A stretch of 35,853 nucleotides of DNA, taken from a virus. Taxonomy: Duplodnaviria > Caudoviricetes. The notes under the pieces were generated by a model. That model worked only from the letters and a program-made list of their open reading frames with translations. It ran no database searches and was not told the DNA's origin. Positions 19,601 through 28,900 of the stretch are shown here, piece after piece. A program made the translations under genes and the position numbers. Position 1 is the stretch's first letter, and each line of letters begins with the position of its first letter. The stretch is taken from the IMG/VR virus record IMGVR_UViG_3300027798_000119, positions 1 to 35,853 of that record, one strand, 5' to 3'.

Positions 19601-22600
19601 TTGTATTTCCAAGATGACCACTTGTTAGTTCCGTCATTGTCTATCCAGATTAACTCATCTAATTTTAATTTCTCCGGCAATGTTGTATCCAACACATCCA
19701 ACGAAGAAAGTCTTTGTGTAGTTAATGCTGAAATCTTAATAGAATCTAATTCATCAAATGGAGGTTGCCATCCTATAACAGTTTTTGTTATAACAAAAGA
19801 ATTTAATTCCACAGATTCTATTTTGTAAAATCCGTTGATTTTAGTTGTTTGTGTAATGCCGATGTATGATCCAGCTTCAAAGTTCACAAAATCACTCAAC
19901 TGAATGGTTAACTTTTTATTAGGAGCATCGTACGTTACACTAGTCACAACTAGATTAATATCTGAAATTCTATAAACATTCCAAGAATTCTTTTCAAAGG
20001 AACACCAGATATAATCTCCATTAGAAAAGTTTGATGGATTTTGACTCACAATATCTTCTATTGATTTTAAACTAAGTGCAACATCTCCTGAATTAACATA
20101 CCCTGCACTTCTCAGTAGCGGCTTATAAGTCAATGTATCAGGCCACGGTGTAGAATCATAGTTATCAGGTTTTAAATAAACATCGCCTGGTGCTACTTGT
20201 ATTAAAAATGAATTAAGGTCTTTATTTTTTTCATTAACTAACACATACTGCTGAGGATTACTTCTAATACTTGTTTCATCTAGGATAAATTCAATTTGTT
20301 GGAATGCTGTGCTAGCACCGTATTGTCCCACGCGGATCGCCCACTCTTCATAAAATTTTAAACTTTCTTTGTTATCAGAGCTCAGTACATCAAACAATTT
20401 GTTAAAAACATTTTGTGTTCCTTTTTCTCTAATCATTCCTTGATAAAATTTAAATTCACTAACATCATCTTGTATAATATTGCTTAGGTATTCTCTTTTT
20501 TGATAGCCAATTATATGCTGACCTACTTTTTGATGTTGTAAATCAAAGCTGTCAGAATCTAGACTATAAAAATCTTCAAACTGTGTTGCAGAATTAGTCC
20601 AGTTAGGTAAAATCTTTTGTTCTGGTTTCTTTGATAGTTGTGTCCAGTCCACCCTGTTAAATTCGGTTGTTCCTGGTATTTTAGAATTTGCACTGTAATA
20701 GAAACTTTGATAGACAACTATGTCTCCAAGATTATAATCTTGCCATTGTTGCCAATTTTGAATATTGGCCTGGTCAAATATAAATCCTGGAACATCTAAG
20801 CTACCATTCCAATTGTTAGTAACATAGCCAGATACTTTAATTCTTTCTTGTCTATATCCACTGGCTGGGCTGTAAATAACATCATTAAATATAGTAGTAT
20901 TGTTGATAACAACAACGTGTTCGTATTGCACTAGATAAAAACTTGCTGAAAAAATGCCATCCACTGTCTTAGGGCTATATGAAATTAAATTATCGGATCT
21001 ATAAGAATTTAAATCAGCCGAAGGCAATGTTGTGCCGTCAACTTTAAATATTTCATAGGAATTAAAACGATTATCAATATCTTCTACTACTGATAGATCA
21101 GCAACAAACGAAATTTCTCCGGCGCTGGGGCTTAGACTGATAACACTACTTCCGTAATTATTTAAACTTTCAAGTTTAACATAATCATCAAAATCAAAAG
21201 CTGATAATGACGGAATATTTCTAGCGGCGCTGTAATAATCACCATTGTATCTCACAATTGTGCCGTAACTGTATTCCTTACCTGGCACCCACTCAGACCA
21301 TTTGTCTTGTCCTGAACTCCAATTTTGTGTAGACCAAAACATAAATTCTTTAGCACTGGTTTCCCAATTAGAAACTAGTCCTAGATTAGTATTGAACTCG
21401 TTAAATGCAAATCCTTGATCTTTTAACCATTCACCGTACCCCGTTAGCAAGTCAACAACTTCTTGTACAGAGCCTAATACTTTTCCGTAAGGCACTATTA
21501 CTGTGTTGGTTCTGTCCCACAACTTTCTTAGAATAGCATCAGCTCCACCGTTAATAGGTAATGACATAAGTTTAGTAAATTGGCCAGCTTCAAAAATGGA
21601 TCCAGCTTTAGTTAAAAACTTTGATTGATAGAATTCCCCGTTGTATTTTACAATAGATCCAACTGCATACTGTTGGCCTGGAGTCCACACTGTGAATCCT
21701 TCCGAAATTCCGCCAATATTAATTTTACTACCCGATTGCAAATATGTATACGTATTGAAATACGGAGTTGTTTGACTATACCCATTGATTTGATATCCAG
21801 TTTGTAGTTTAGTTATAATTACACCGCTGTAGGATAACTTTTTAATGGGGTTAGATTTATTTAAAACAATGTCATAATCTTCTGCTGGAATAAACACACT
21901 GCCAGTGCTAGAAGGAGTTTTACTGTCTAATAATAATTTAAATTGATCTTTATTAGTGAATGCGCCTACCCTGTAACTAAGTTGAACGTTCATTGTAGTC
22001 AATGCTGTTTTGTAAGAAGTGTATGCTTTTAAATTATTATTAAAAACATAACTTAGTATAGACTGAACAAGATAGTTAACTAACCCTGAAGTTTGCACAC
22101 GAGTCTCTGTTTCATAAGTGCTTGGCAACACAATATCTTTTGGTCTAATTCTCAATTGAGTATCAGTATAAACAAGCTGGCCTGCAACGTTTCTAGATGT
22201 GCGAGATCTGTCTAACAATACTCCAAATGTTTTTGATGGTGTCAATAACATTAATGTTGACATTATACTGAACGGATAATGGCTGCTACGTCTCCACGCC
22301 GACTCCGCTGGCCCAACATCTCCAAATACATAATCAGCATAAGACGAATTAGTAGGCACCCCTCGAGCAAGTCCTGATTGTATTGGACTAATTATATTTC
22401 CAAATTCATCTACAGGTATACGATTAATTAAAAAAGGTTTAGCATACTTTGTTGATTTAATTGCTGGTCTTCCCGGTTCACGAATCAATCCGTCAGAGAT
22501 GTCTTGCCACATAACCCGATTATCACTTGTATACGGTGCTGGACCGTATAAAGATTGCCACCAAGCTGGTTCTAGGCTAAATCCTAGCATTTCCCACGGA

Positions 22601-25600
22601 CAAATATTTGGACGGTCTGTGTCCAATAACCAACGATATACACCTCGCCAATATCCTGGTAACCCAGTATCATTTGGAGCAGAAAATCTAGTATAGTTAT
22701 AGTCTTTAGTAAGCGGTGTTGCATAGTCGTTGCCAACTAATTTTGCCCACTTATAAAAATTGGAAGAAAGTACATTGTTAAATTCTTCTCTGCTATAGGG
22801 ATTGGTTCTATTGTAACTAGGGACTACATCATTTACATCATAGATATCTTCATCATACTCAACTTTAATATTATTAAAAATTCTTTTTTCTAATTCTAAA
22901 ATTACATTGTCTCTGTAGTCGCCATATGATAAAATTAAACTTCCGTCGTGGCCTTGTATCATTAATCGCGGAGATGCAAATGTAGTGTCTAAGAAAATCT
23001 TAGGTTCATATTTTGGCCATATACCTAACTTACTTGGAGTTTCTGGAATAAAAGACCCATCGGTGTTTTCGTACTCGTATGTGGTAATAGTATCGCCATT
23101 TGCTACAACTACGTATGATGTCAGTTCAACAAATCCCTGGCTGTTAAATGTATAATCTTTTCCGTAAATCAACTGAGTGCCATTTAGGTAAACTCCCACA
23201 GCTTTGTTTGATAGACTAGATAAACTAAAAACTGTAGTCAAAGGATATGTTAATATTCTATAATCTTCAACAACAAAATCTGTTTTTAAATTTGCTCCGT
23301 ACGGAACCATATCACTAAAATAATACGGACTGGTGTTTGGTTTATTTCTGTTAAGTTTTTCTAAAATTAAATCTACAAGAGCAACTGGATCTCCATCAAC
23401 TCCTATGTTACTGGCAGTGTCAATAAATGCTCTTTTAAATACATTATAATCGTCTCTTGCTTGATCAACTGCTTTAATTACATTATTATCTTCTGAAGTG
23501 ATATGATATAGACTTAGGCTCAAAGGTCCACTGTGTTGTACAAACTTTGTTCCGTATGCAGTAATGTTTCCTAAATCTCGTAAATTTCCAGCGCCCGGAA
23601 ATACTCCTGAAAAAATAGTTAAATTATCTACTATAGAATTTACGTGATCTAAAACTTCACCTAATGTAAAATTTCCAATTTCATCGTTTAAGGGATTATT
23701 TTGTAAATTAACTGGTAATTCATAAAATCCTTTTGAGTTAGATGGTTGGCTAGTGTATGATTTAATTGTTAAAATATCGTCTAGGGTTATATTAGATGTT
23801 AATACAACTTTTTTATACACTGGTGTATTAACAATAGACCATAATGTTGGTGATAAACGTTTTCCGTTTACATAAACTTTAACTATTAAATCTGTGAGAT
23901 TATCAATATTGTCAAAAATATCAATTTCAAAATTATTTGTTTTGTTAGAATTCTTATATATTCTAACAGCAGCCTGTGTATTGGTAACTGAGCTAGTTTT
24001 CCAACCGTTTACAAAAACATATTCGCCAGAGTAACTGTGTGTTAATAGATAGCCAATATCTATATTTTTAGAAACAACAGATAAGTCTTGTTTATATTCA
24101 AAACTGTCTGACCCTAAATCAAAGTTAAAGACAATATCCCCAATGTTGCTTACATTCTTGTAAGTTAGTGGAAATCCTAAAACCTTGTCTGCGATACCAG
24201 TACCTTTCTTGTAAGAAAATAACGATGTTCCAGTAAAAGTTGACCCGTAGTATACTGAGGTATCTCCAAAACTTACACCGTCTTTGTCATACACATCAAA
24301 TTGAGGATTTTGATTAGTATTAGTTTTTTGCTGAGATTTTTTCCAAGTAGTTCCATCAAACCAATAAGACAAACTTTGATTCTTAATGCCATTCTTAACT
24401 AGAACTGATTGATGTGCAATGGGTTTTGAAATTTCTACCAAATGTATTTGTTTAGTGCTGTTGGCGAGATGTTGCAGTTGTAAAAAGTCAACTCGATAAA
24501 TTTTGTTGTTTACTAGCGGATCGGTATCTGAGGTAAACAAAACTGTTTGTCCTTGAGACAATGCAACACCGTCTATACTGTAGCCAGCTGATCCTTCAAT
24601 TGTTGAAAAAATATCAACAGTAAATGTATCAATTAAATTAACATCAGGGCCTGCAAGTGTTCCAAAATTAAATAATTTTAAATCTGCTTGAAATTCAATA
24701 ATAGGCCTAGTTGCACGAGCTAGCTGATCTATATTAGTAACAGTTTTGTTGTAAGATGCAGTTAGTGAAATAACATCTTTGTGAAACCATCGATTATATC
24801 GTGACCAAGGATTTCGGTCTCTACTTGCTCTGTTGATTACCACATGATCTAACACACTGGCATAGCCGGTAGCATCACTAAACGGGCCATTATCAAAAGG
24901 CGTTGCATCAAATTTAATTGCCTCTGATACAGTGTATGGTCCTATAATTTCCAATATGCTTTCAGGAATTAGTTTAATAGCAGAGCCCACACCTTCAACA
25001 TAAAATTGTCCAGTGGCATATAGTTCAGGTTCTACTCGACCGCCAAATCGAACTTTCATTCCGTTACTCAACGGAATTGTTTCATTTACAAAATATGTTT
25101 TTTTACCTAAAATGTCTTTTTCAACATTGATATATGTATTTTCATCAATGTCTTGTATTTGAAACACGCCGCCTACATCTATATCTGCTTCGCTTTGATA
25201 ATACAATATGCTTGGAGAATCTAGTGGGACTTTAAAAGTTATTGTTCCGTTTTCAACAGCATATTTGTCAATGCCGTTATTGATGTATCTATTGAATCTT
25301 CCTACACTACGCTCTAGTTTGATTGAAAACGGGTGGGCTGAGCTACTGATTTCAAACTTGTACGTTTGTCCTCGGTATAGGGTTATTAGAGGATCGCGGG
25401 TTAATCCGTCAGGAGTAAACACATATTGATAGTCTGCTCCAATTTCTTGCAGTTCCACAGTGTATGTGCTGGTAACTTCTTGCTTCTGGCCAAAAATTTC
25501 TATTGAATCTGGACCGTATGGTAACCAGTAGTAACTTTGAAAGTTAACAAACTTGTCCCAGTCAATGTGCGGATCCCAAGAATAAAATTCTTGACTATTG

Positions 25601-25950
25601 ATACGTGCATGATTAGTGGTATTTGCTCCAAACACATTAAGTTGATTAATATAATCAATGTAGTCTTTAAAAAATACAACATTGTCAAGAGAGTCTTTAA
25701 TGACTACTCCTGGTTCTAATTGATAATCTTGTTTGGATTTTTCTGGAGAGGCAACAAATATATCAGATGCAACCGATGCTTTGGAATTTTGGCGACCAAT
25801 ATAACCATTAATTTTATCCACTGTGCCTGGCTGAAATAGCTGATCAATGGTAGCTTGTAGAAACTTTTTATTTGCTGGTGTTTGATAAAACCCAGGTAAC
25901 AAATTTGCGCTGAGGCCAGTTTTTCCAACTGGGTTGGTTTTTTTAACCAT
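10648..25950 (-). CDS. Giant multidomain baseplate wedge/virion structural protein (gp7-like position), 5100 aa
   Basis: Uninterrupted 15.3-kb ORF between gp6 and the gp9/10-like gene, with a GGAG RBS. Contains FG-GAP-like propeller blades, G(S/A/T)GY repeat domains, CBM5/12-like WxxxxxYxxGxIVxY repeats, VKPYKTKIRE and a C-terminal FD-repeat tail. Confidence 0.85.
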   Translation of the reverse strand: MVKKTNPVGKTGLSANLLPGFYQTPANKKFLQATIDQLFQPGTVDKINGYIGRQNSKASVASDIFVASPEKSKQDYQLEPGVVIKDSLDNVVFFKDYIDYINQLNVFGANTTNHARINSQEFYSWDPHIDWDKFVNFQSYYWLPYGPDSIEIFGQKQEVTSTYTVELQEIGADYQYVFTPDGLTRDPLITLYRGQTYKFEISSSAHPFSIKLERSVGRFNRYINNGIDKYAVENGTITFKVPLDSPSILYYQSEADIDVGGVFQIQDIDENTYINVEKDILGKKTYFVNETIPLSNGMKVRFGGRVEPELYATGQFYVEGVGSAIKLIPESILEIIGPYTVSEAIKFDATPFDNGPFSDATGYASVLDHVVINRASRDRNPWSRYNRWFHKDVISLTASYNKTVTNIDQLARATRPIIEFQADLKLFNFGTLAGPDVNLIDTFTVDIFSTIEGSAGYSIDGVALSQGQTVLFTSDTDPLVNNKIYRVDFLQLQHLANSTKQIHLVEISKPIAHQSVLVKNGIKNQSLSYWFDGTTWKKSQQKTNTNQNPQFDVYDKDGVSFGDTSVYYGSTFTGTSLFSYKKGTGIADKVLGFPLTYKNVSNIGDIVFNFDLGSDSFEYKQDLSVVSKNIDIGYLLTHSYSGEYVFVNGWKTSSVTNTQAAVRIYKNSNKTNNFEIDIFDNIDNLTDLIVKVYVNGKRLSPTLWSIVNTPVYKKVVLTSNITLDDILTIKSYTSQPSNSKGFYELPVNLQNNPLNDEIGNFTLGEVLDHVNSIVDNLTIFSGVFPGAGNLRDLGNITAYGTKFVQHSGPLSLSLYHITSEDNNVIKAVDQARDDYNVFKRAFIDTASNIGVDGDPVALVDLILEKLNRNKPNTSPYYFSDMVPYGANLKTDFVVEDYRILTYPLTTVFSLSSLSNKAVGVYLNGTQLIYGKDYTFNSQGFVELTSYVVVANGDTITTYEYENTDGSFIPETPSKLGIWPKYEPKIFLDTTFASPRLMIQGHDGSLILSYGDYRDNVILELEKRIFNNIKVEYDEDIYDVNDVVPSYNRTNPYSREEFNNVLSSNFYKWAKLVGNDYATPLTKDYNYTRFSAPNDTGLPGYWRGVYRWLLDTDRPNICPWEMLGFSLEPAWWQSLYGPAPYTSDNRVMWQDISDGLIREPGRPAIKSTKYAKPFLINRIPVDEFGNIISPIQSGLARGVPTNSSYADYVFGDVGPAESAWRRSSHYPFSIMSTLMLLTPSKTFGVLLDRSRTSRNVAGQLVYTDTQLRIRPKDIVLPSTYETETRVQTSGLVNYLVQSILSYVFNNNLKAYTSYKTALTTMNVQLSYRVGAFTNKDQFKLLLDSKTPSSTGSVFIPAEDYDIVLNKSNPIKKLSYSGVIITKLQTGYQINGYSQTTPYFNTYTYLQSGSKINIGGISEGFTVWTPGQQYAVGSIVKYNGEFYQSKFLTKAGSIFEAGQFTKLMSLPINGGADAILRKLWDRTNTVIVPYGKVLGSVQEVVDLLTGYGEWLKDQGFAFNEFNTNLGLVSNWETSAKEFMFWSTQNWSSGQDKWSEWVPGKEYSYGTIVRYNGDYYSAARNIPSLSAFDFDDYVKLESLNNYGSSVISLSPSAGEISFVADLSVVEDIDNRFNSYEIFKVDGTTLPSADLNSYRSDNLISYSPKTVDGIFSASFYLVQYEHVVVINNTTIFNDVIYSPASGYRQERIKVSGYVTNNWNGSLDVPGFIFDQANIQNWQQWQDYNLGDIVVYQSFYYSANSKIPGTTEFNRVDWTQLSKKPEQKILPNWTNSATQFEDFYSLDSDSFDLQHQKVGQHIIGYQKREYLSNIIQDDVSEFKFYQGMIREKGTQNVFNKLFDVLSSDNKESLKFYEEWAIRVGQYGASTAFQQIEFILDETSIRSNPQQYVLVNEKNKDLNSFLIQVAPGDVYLKPDNYDSTPWPDTLTYKPLLRSAGYVNSGDVALSLKSIEDIVSQNPSNFSNGDYIWCSFEKNSWNVYRISDINLVVTSVTYDAPNKKLTIQLSDFVNFEAGSYIGITQTTKINGFYKIESVELNSFVITKTVIGWQPPFDELDSIKISALTTQRLSSLDVLDTTLPEKLKLDELIWIDNDGTNKWSSWKYNPIYNQTALTDQYPKVGSNYGRTLAVTKQGDIAALSTTDGKITTFVKPGVVPAWTKQQLIQSPQISANINTGFQYGVIAALNVTSIESTLTLTSPGSGYSPSFGTESYTSVPLTGGTGSGAVANITVKNGSVFSVTLVSIDNQYVSGEVLSTAAINIGGIGSNFATTIVNTAGSGYTPTASTSTYIDVPLTGGSGTGATADITVKNGKIVNVILNQSGTGYQPGNNLSVNSASMGGTGSGFLIPVLSINLNSTGIHSTVIAFSNDKKWMAVGSPKASYAATKFVVNYVQGVSYSTANIVYSNGIYYQVDNSIQSIYTNVLGTSLTIGQGARFTVVVTGATFSVKVISGGAGYKVGNKLKILGTAVGGVDTVNDIIITVTGAIEQSITAVSVIGTTPAQNYLSLPAEVILGTGATFNVTPTLTGYTLVRNVGGAGYLAGDKIKILGSNIGGRDILHDLIVTVDSVSITAVNTVSGVGISSWKKVSYIPVNLGGTNSLLLEQGAISLYEKDPNNNYNFIASIVSPQAAAGENFGSSLVFGNNCLYVSATGYDSTRGKIYRLNYADSVEASSAYNPVGSSNSTIVVTSTSGIREGMFVQGTGFSGTQYVISVLSSTTLLLSGNPSSTPSGILNFVTTDWAYDNQFSLTGTVIGNNYASSLAINDNFSKLLVSASNGNTTGKVYVYDNSGALPSLIQTITGSSLTFGQSISITPSGNYFAVSDDFSTVSAINQTGEVDVYALQSSGQYIKYQDIIPHLPESSGRFGSKLSFMNDDKTLVIYSQAGDIYLSTSFDEKETTFDKNSTSFRIRNVDSGRIDVYDRYNSKWVWSETLPTTTLQNDGYGIGFAVGSNQIFVGAPFTDTGTVVNSGTVYNYGKLSGKYSWSVNSTQVAVPDITKIKSVFLYNKVTGKLLTYLDTIDPLQGKIAGPAEEEIKYKTFYDPATYSIGTSQVNVDETSTWGEIQTGTLWWDLRNAKFINSYDANLVYRNSTWNTLATGSTIDIYEWVETNLLPSKWDAQADTPAGITLDISGQSLYGDTVYATKQIYDKISKTFKNKYYFWVKNKKVIPDVVGRKLSASDVSSLISNPRGQAYSYLALTGLNSFSLTNIKNYLNDRDVVLSIEYWTTGITDQNIHNQYKLISTDPTSNIPNMIEQKWFDSLSGTDSKGLLVPDMSLPDKLKYGIENRPRQSMFVNRFEALKQFVETANRLFITEQIAENSDISDLDSFDQEPNIVYGLYDTVLDTDLELGYANITGFIPPKLTPVIVDGKIVDVLITVSGKGYLVAPFVKISGAGVGAEIKTTINTLGQVTGVTISSQGEGYGHTTKLSVRNYSVLVHSDTQASDRWSIYSYDNIYKVWSRTLTQSYDVRQYWKYVDWYATGFNQFVSPDYAVNTFVNLNSIDSTIGDIVKVRVANAGGWLLVEKYNNSTSVDWTASYRVIGIENGTIQLSPSLYQFTGTNVGYDSSTYDGDSFDVVASVELKTILNVVKNKIFINELKQNYLDLFFESIRYVFSEQLYIDWIFKTSFVKTQHNIGQLDQPVNYPVDNLSNFEDYVNEVKPYKTKIREYVSNYDGIDTAQLPITDFDLQPIYNNTTGNIELINVTVNNGVIQSDNAGIQNYPWKFWLDNNGFSITEIVIVDGGSGYFLAPTVTITSPTGTGATARAFFTNGKVNRIILLTSGTGYLQTPVITIDGGYSVTGTQAKAIAIIGNSVVRSAHIGIKFDRTTQTNYVTQIKQVETYAGNGSTLQFNLKWAPDIRVGKSSVTVNNIPVLRENYTLKTITSITRGFTSFYGQITFAVGYAPANNSTVVINYNIDETVLNASDRIQYHYTPGVGQLGRDLSQLMTGIDYGGVVVNGLGFNVLAGWDSSPFFQDKWDNFDPTFDDFFVTVAANTHSFTMPYIPTAGTAINIYHIKNNVDTYTLNGISTEFTYNILANAPIATTVTTVPTAGISVTALTGNFDTTLKVSSTTGIVVGMAVQGTGFPRTRTVTAIIDATTVLLNAAPDSAPSGTLVFSYNYAGSTKLTVNNTATLYVGDVLACATVSTFTYDTVITGIINSTTISINKVLYANIPNNTNITATRTLVEPNDIIINANGTLSLTSPLTSGVVLNITGKIDPTRLDDTAYGTSAQTNTTAILTTPVSNGSSATFTIPNTFVVATGDVFILRKSTSDGSVAPSENDYDTSIKGGDLAYSTATGLAADDILVDGDGFVTPTSSPAPEEVVPGQVVDSVAIKVFDRPQSGSSNIKISNFIGNGSTKDFTLPIYPNSNTAIIVKVGNNIKSLDDDYTLDYKNKTVSLKVAPTTGQLVTVFNIGFNGSNILDLDYFIGDGVTSEFITKAPWQDSLTTLVYINGEIYTPELFKTDGTYEFANAVGLRFGIIPPVNSLINFTIVSGNQQTFAVTKTEKIAINGTSTTYPLVFSIGNKLPNESNMIVRAGQNILPAPNNSYFKISSNRLNYTLDSKKTLPYSVAVDQINVFADGVKLNLGSDYTIDLSGITVKINRAVYTIYSGKQLVVSVVSSSGYVYDSTLNTITFGTVYPLATVVEIISSYNHNILDIERTSVSVTSNIELTPGTIEFYEYTSISNGTVKLDRSVIDDNYIWVIRNTTLLVPSIDYKLNDDKETIQLAIIPSSTDKITLITFSSNVLTSGIAYMQFKDMLNRVHFKRLSLNKRTTLARNLKLNDLTIVLADATNFDVPNPVLNRPGVIEIRGERIEYFSKQGNVLGKLRRGTLGTGAYSLNTYGTFVQDIGPSETVPYIETSITEQILSDGTAFVNLPFTPKKSSTTWTYGTGYSSAIPANFGQSDDVEVFVGGYDQGSSWTSATSYTIGTIVNVGSYTYRCIVNHISSAVFSTDSDNWKFFIGNIRLKKSPYKVHNVNNSPYSPEGDVQLDADFSVDGTTNRIRLTNLLNSGTQVTVVKRTGIAWDNVVNIQNDTSKISEFLKASPGIWYSDFKQISTVTTATTVTTFDSNTSFDNTTITFDQG

Positions 25951-25976
25951 TGCTTACTCCATTAATTGCACTTATT

Positions 25977-28900
25977 TTAATAACCATAGCTACCACCACT
26001 TGAGCCACCACTTGAGCCACCACTTGAGCCACCACTTGAGCCTCTACTTGAGCTAGTAATATTTTGTGAAGATGTAACAGATGTCAACGCAGTTCCAGTA
26101 ACAGTTTTAAGATTACCTGATGTGAATCCTGATACAATTATTATATCGTCGGATGTACAGGAACTTAGAAATATTTGGTCACTAGGGCACTGGATTTCAA
26201 ACAAACTGCCAAAGTATTGATTTTCTTGTTTTGGAACTATAACAAAATTTGTAACATCTGGTGATAGCTGACTCATCACGTAGGTTGACAGCTCTGTAAA
26301 ATAAAATGTATCGCCAAAGTTCCAATTGTCTAGAGCAAAGAACTGATGTATTGCAGTTAGTATTCTTGATACAATATCTGAATTAGAAACTGTTGAATCA
26401 ACATTTTTAATTACATTAAATGTTGCTTGCAAACTTGCTTCGGCAGTACTTCCAAATAATAATTTATAATTTATTGAGTGATAAATGATTTCATCAGACA
26501 CAGATTTAATTAAATTTAAATTAGGGCCTAACAAACTATCCAATTCATTAGAACTGGGCGGTAGCGGTTTTGCAATATTTGCGCCCTGCAACCACTGCCT
26601 AAACTTGGTATCATAACTAGATGTTAGTACATATACATCAATTATATTACTTGCACTTGGATCAATCCTACTGTCGTAATCAGCACTGTGTACATACTGA
26701 AATCTTAAATTATCTCGACCAATATAAACTCTATAGTCAAGAGTTGGATTTAATTCTCCGGTACTTAGATATAATTTTTTAACAATATTAGTATCTTTAA
26801 AATAGAAATACTGACCGTCTGCATACTGTGTTAACGAACCAATTGCACTTTGAGTGGCTAAAATAATTACAGGACCAGTTGTAGAATTATTAGTTACATA
26901 TTTGTAATCTTCTTGCCCTTGACTAATTAGATATTTTTTAAGAACAATATACGTTGGCGTTGCTGATGTATCTGAACCAGGGTATACGATGTCTAAGAAT
27001 AATTGAGGATTATCAACCACCCCGTTGTTGTCCACATCTGCAAAAGATACTACTATTTTTTTAGAATCAATATACCCGTCTAAACCAGTGTAAGGAGCTA
27101 CAATGTCCCATTTTAAATCAGTAGTAAAAGATTTTGTGTCTAACGGCAGTGTATTAATGTTTAAGATTTTTATTTCATCTTTAATCACAGAACTTGAAAC
27201 AACATCATAAATTTTTGTATCAGCATCCACATAGAAATTAAGTTGTTTATCGCTTTCAAAAACGTATCTCAAAAATCGTGACGTGGTAGTATAATACTGA
27301 TTATTAGTTGTAAACAAGATTAACCAGCTAGAATCTTTTTGTGAATTAGTAGCATCTCCCTGATTACCCAGTGTGAATGCGCTGGATGTATTTAAATTAG
27401 ATTCAAATATGATTTTCCAAGATTGTGTTCCAGCATCGTATCTTAATCCAAACGGTTGATTTGAAAATATTAAATCAACCATTGTGGCTCGTGTTGTAGC
27501 ATCAATAGTTCTGGTAAATTTTGGAATTAACTGTCCAATTACAGGATATACCCCGTTGGTAGTATCAAATGTTTGATTGATGACAATTGGCCCAAGTCCT
27601 GTTGACAACGTGCCAGTGCCCAATGCTGTGCCGTCATCCGCTACTGAAATAATTTCAACCCATACATACGACTTGGCACCTTTGCTGTTTATGTTTCCAG
27701 TTTTGATAATATTATTATCAAGTGTATCAAAGTATTGTGTTGCTGTATCAGGCACCACAAACTTAACTAGTGATCCTGGAGTTAAAAATCTCAAATCTGT
27801 TGCTGAGTATGAACCAACTTTGTAAGGTGTAGAATTGTTGCTTGCACCAATATAACCACTTGAACTGTTGCTGTCAGTAGTTACATTGTACCATATAATT
27901 TCTAAACTCACTGTGAGATAATTTATAAAATTGCTATAATAAAAATTTCTTAAATCCGTGGTTTTTAGAATTTTATAAATGTCACCATAGATAATTCCTT
28001 CAATGTCAGTCTGAGTTAGGTAGGTAAAGTTAGACGAGTAAGAATAATTTTCTTTATACAAGACGCCATCGTCTGCAAATAAATTTGTACTACTGTACTT
28101 TCCAGTTGGATCTGTCAAGTCAAAGTATCTACTGATACCACTGCTTGTTCTATTAACAGCCTTTACTTTTGCAACTTGGGTAGATGCTGATAGCGGACTG
28201 ACATTATAATCCTCGCCAGTAATCATTCTATTTTGTGTATAATATGTCTGGGGAGCATTGGCCTTGATGCTTGCGTTGGTCTCAGTTATGGCTGCATTAG
28301 ACGAAGAAGAAGTAAGACTTAGGTTAATTGATAATGTTTCATTTTTACCTTGTGCTGAAACATACGGAATATTAACACTGACATTTCGTATATCTGTTGG
28401 ATTAATTGTGTAAGTTAAATTATTGCTGGATCTATAATAAACTCTAAAATTCCCAACAGGTAAATTTCCAAATATGCCGTCACTGAATTGCAGGGCAATT
28501 GAATCTCCCGCACGAGTTGCTACACTATAAATGTTTTTAATTTTACTGCTTAAACTATTATAGATAACATTATTTCCAGTAGTGCTTGGCACTCGAGTCC
28601 ATAACTCTGATTCGTTTCCGTTTTGATCTAAACTGTACAACCACACATCTGTGTTATTAATATTTTGTGTATCAACATTGATTGACTGGTTTTTACTGGG
28701 CTGATTAATCACAAATGTGCCTTGGTTTAAGCTACCTTGTGTAAAATTAAAGAAAAAACCTGTGCCAACGGAACCAGATCCGTAGCCGTCGTCCTTAAAC
28801 ACACATGCAGGGCTGTTTCCAACTTTTGGAGATTCTTCGTATATAAAAGTTTTATTTTTAAATGTTGTACTGGTAATTTCAAAATTCATCAAACGGCCGG

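Noticed and set aside
10648-25950. Intein, intron or stop-codon recoding as the explanation for the giant ORF
   Set aside because: No Hint/LAGLIDADG motifs were noticed, genes tile tightly under the standard code, and TGA and TAA act as normal stops at coupled junctions.
25993-26052. Short repeat array as CRISPR
   Set aside because: The 12-nt units are contiguous, have no spacers and are in frame within gp6.
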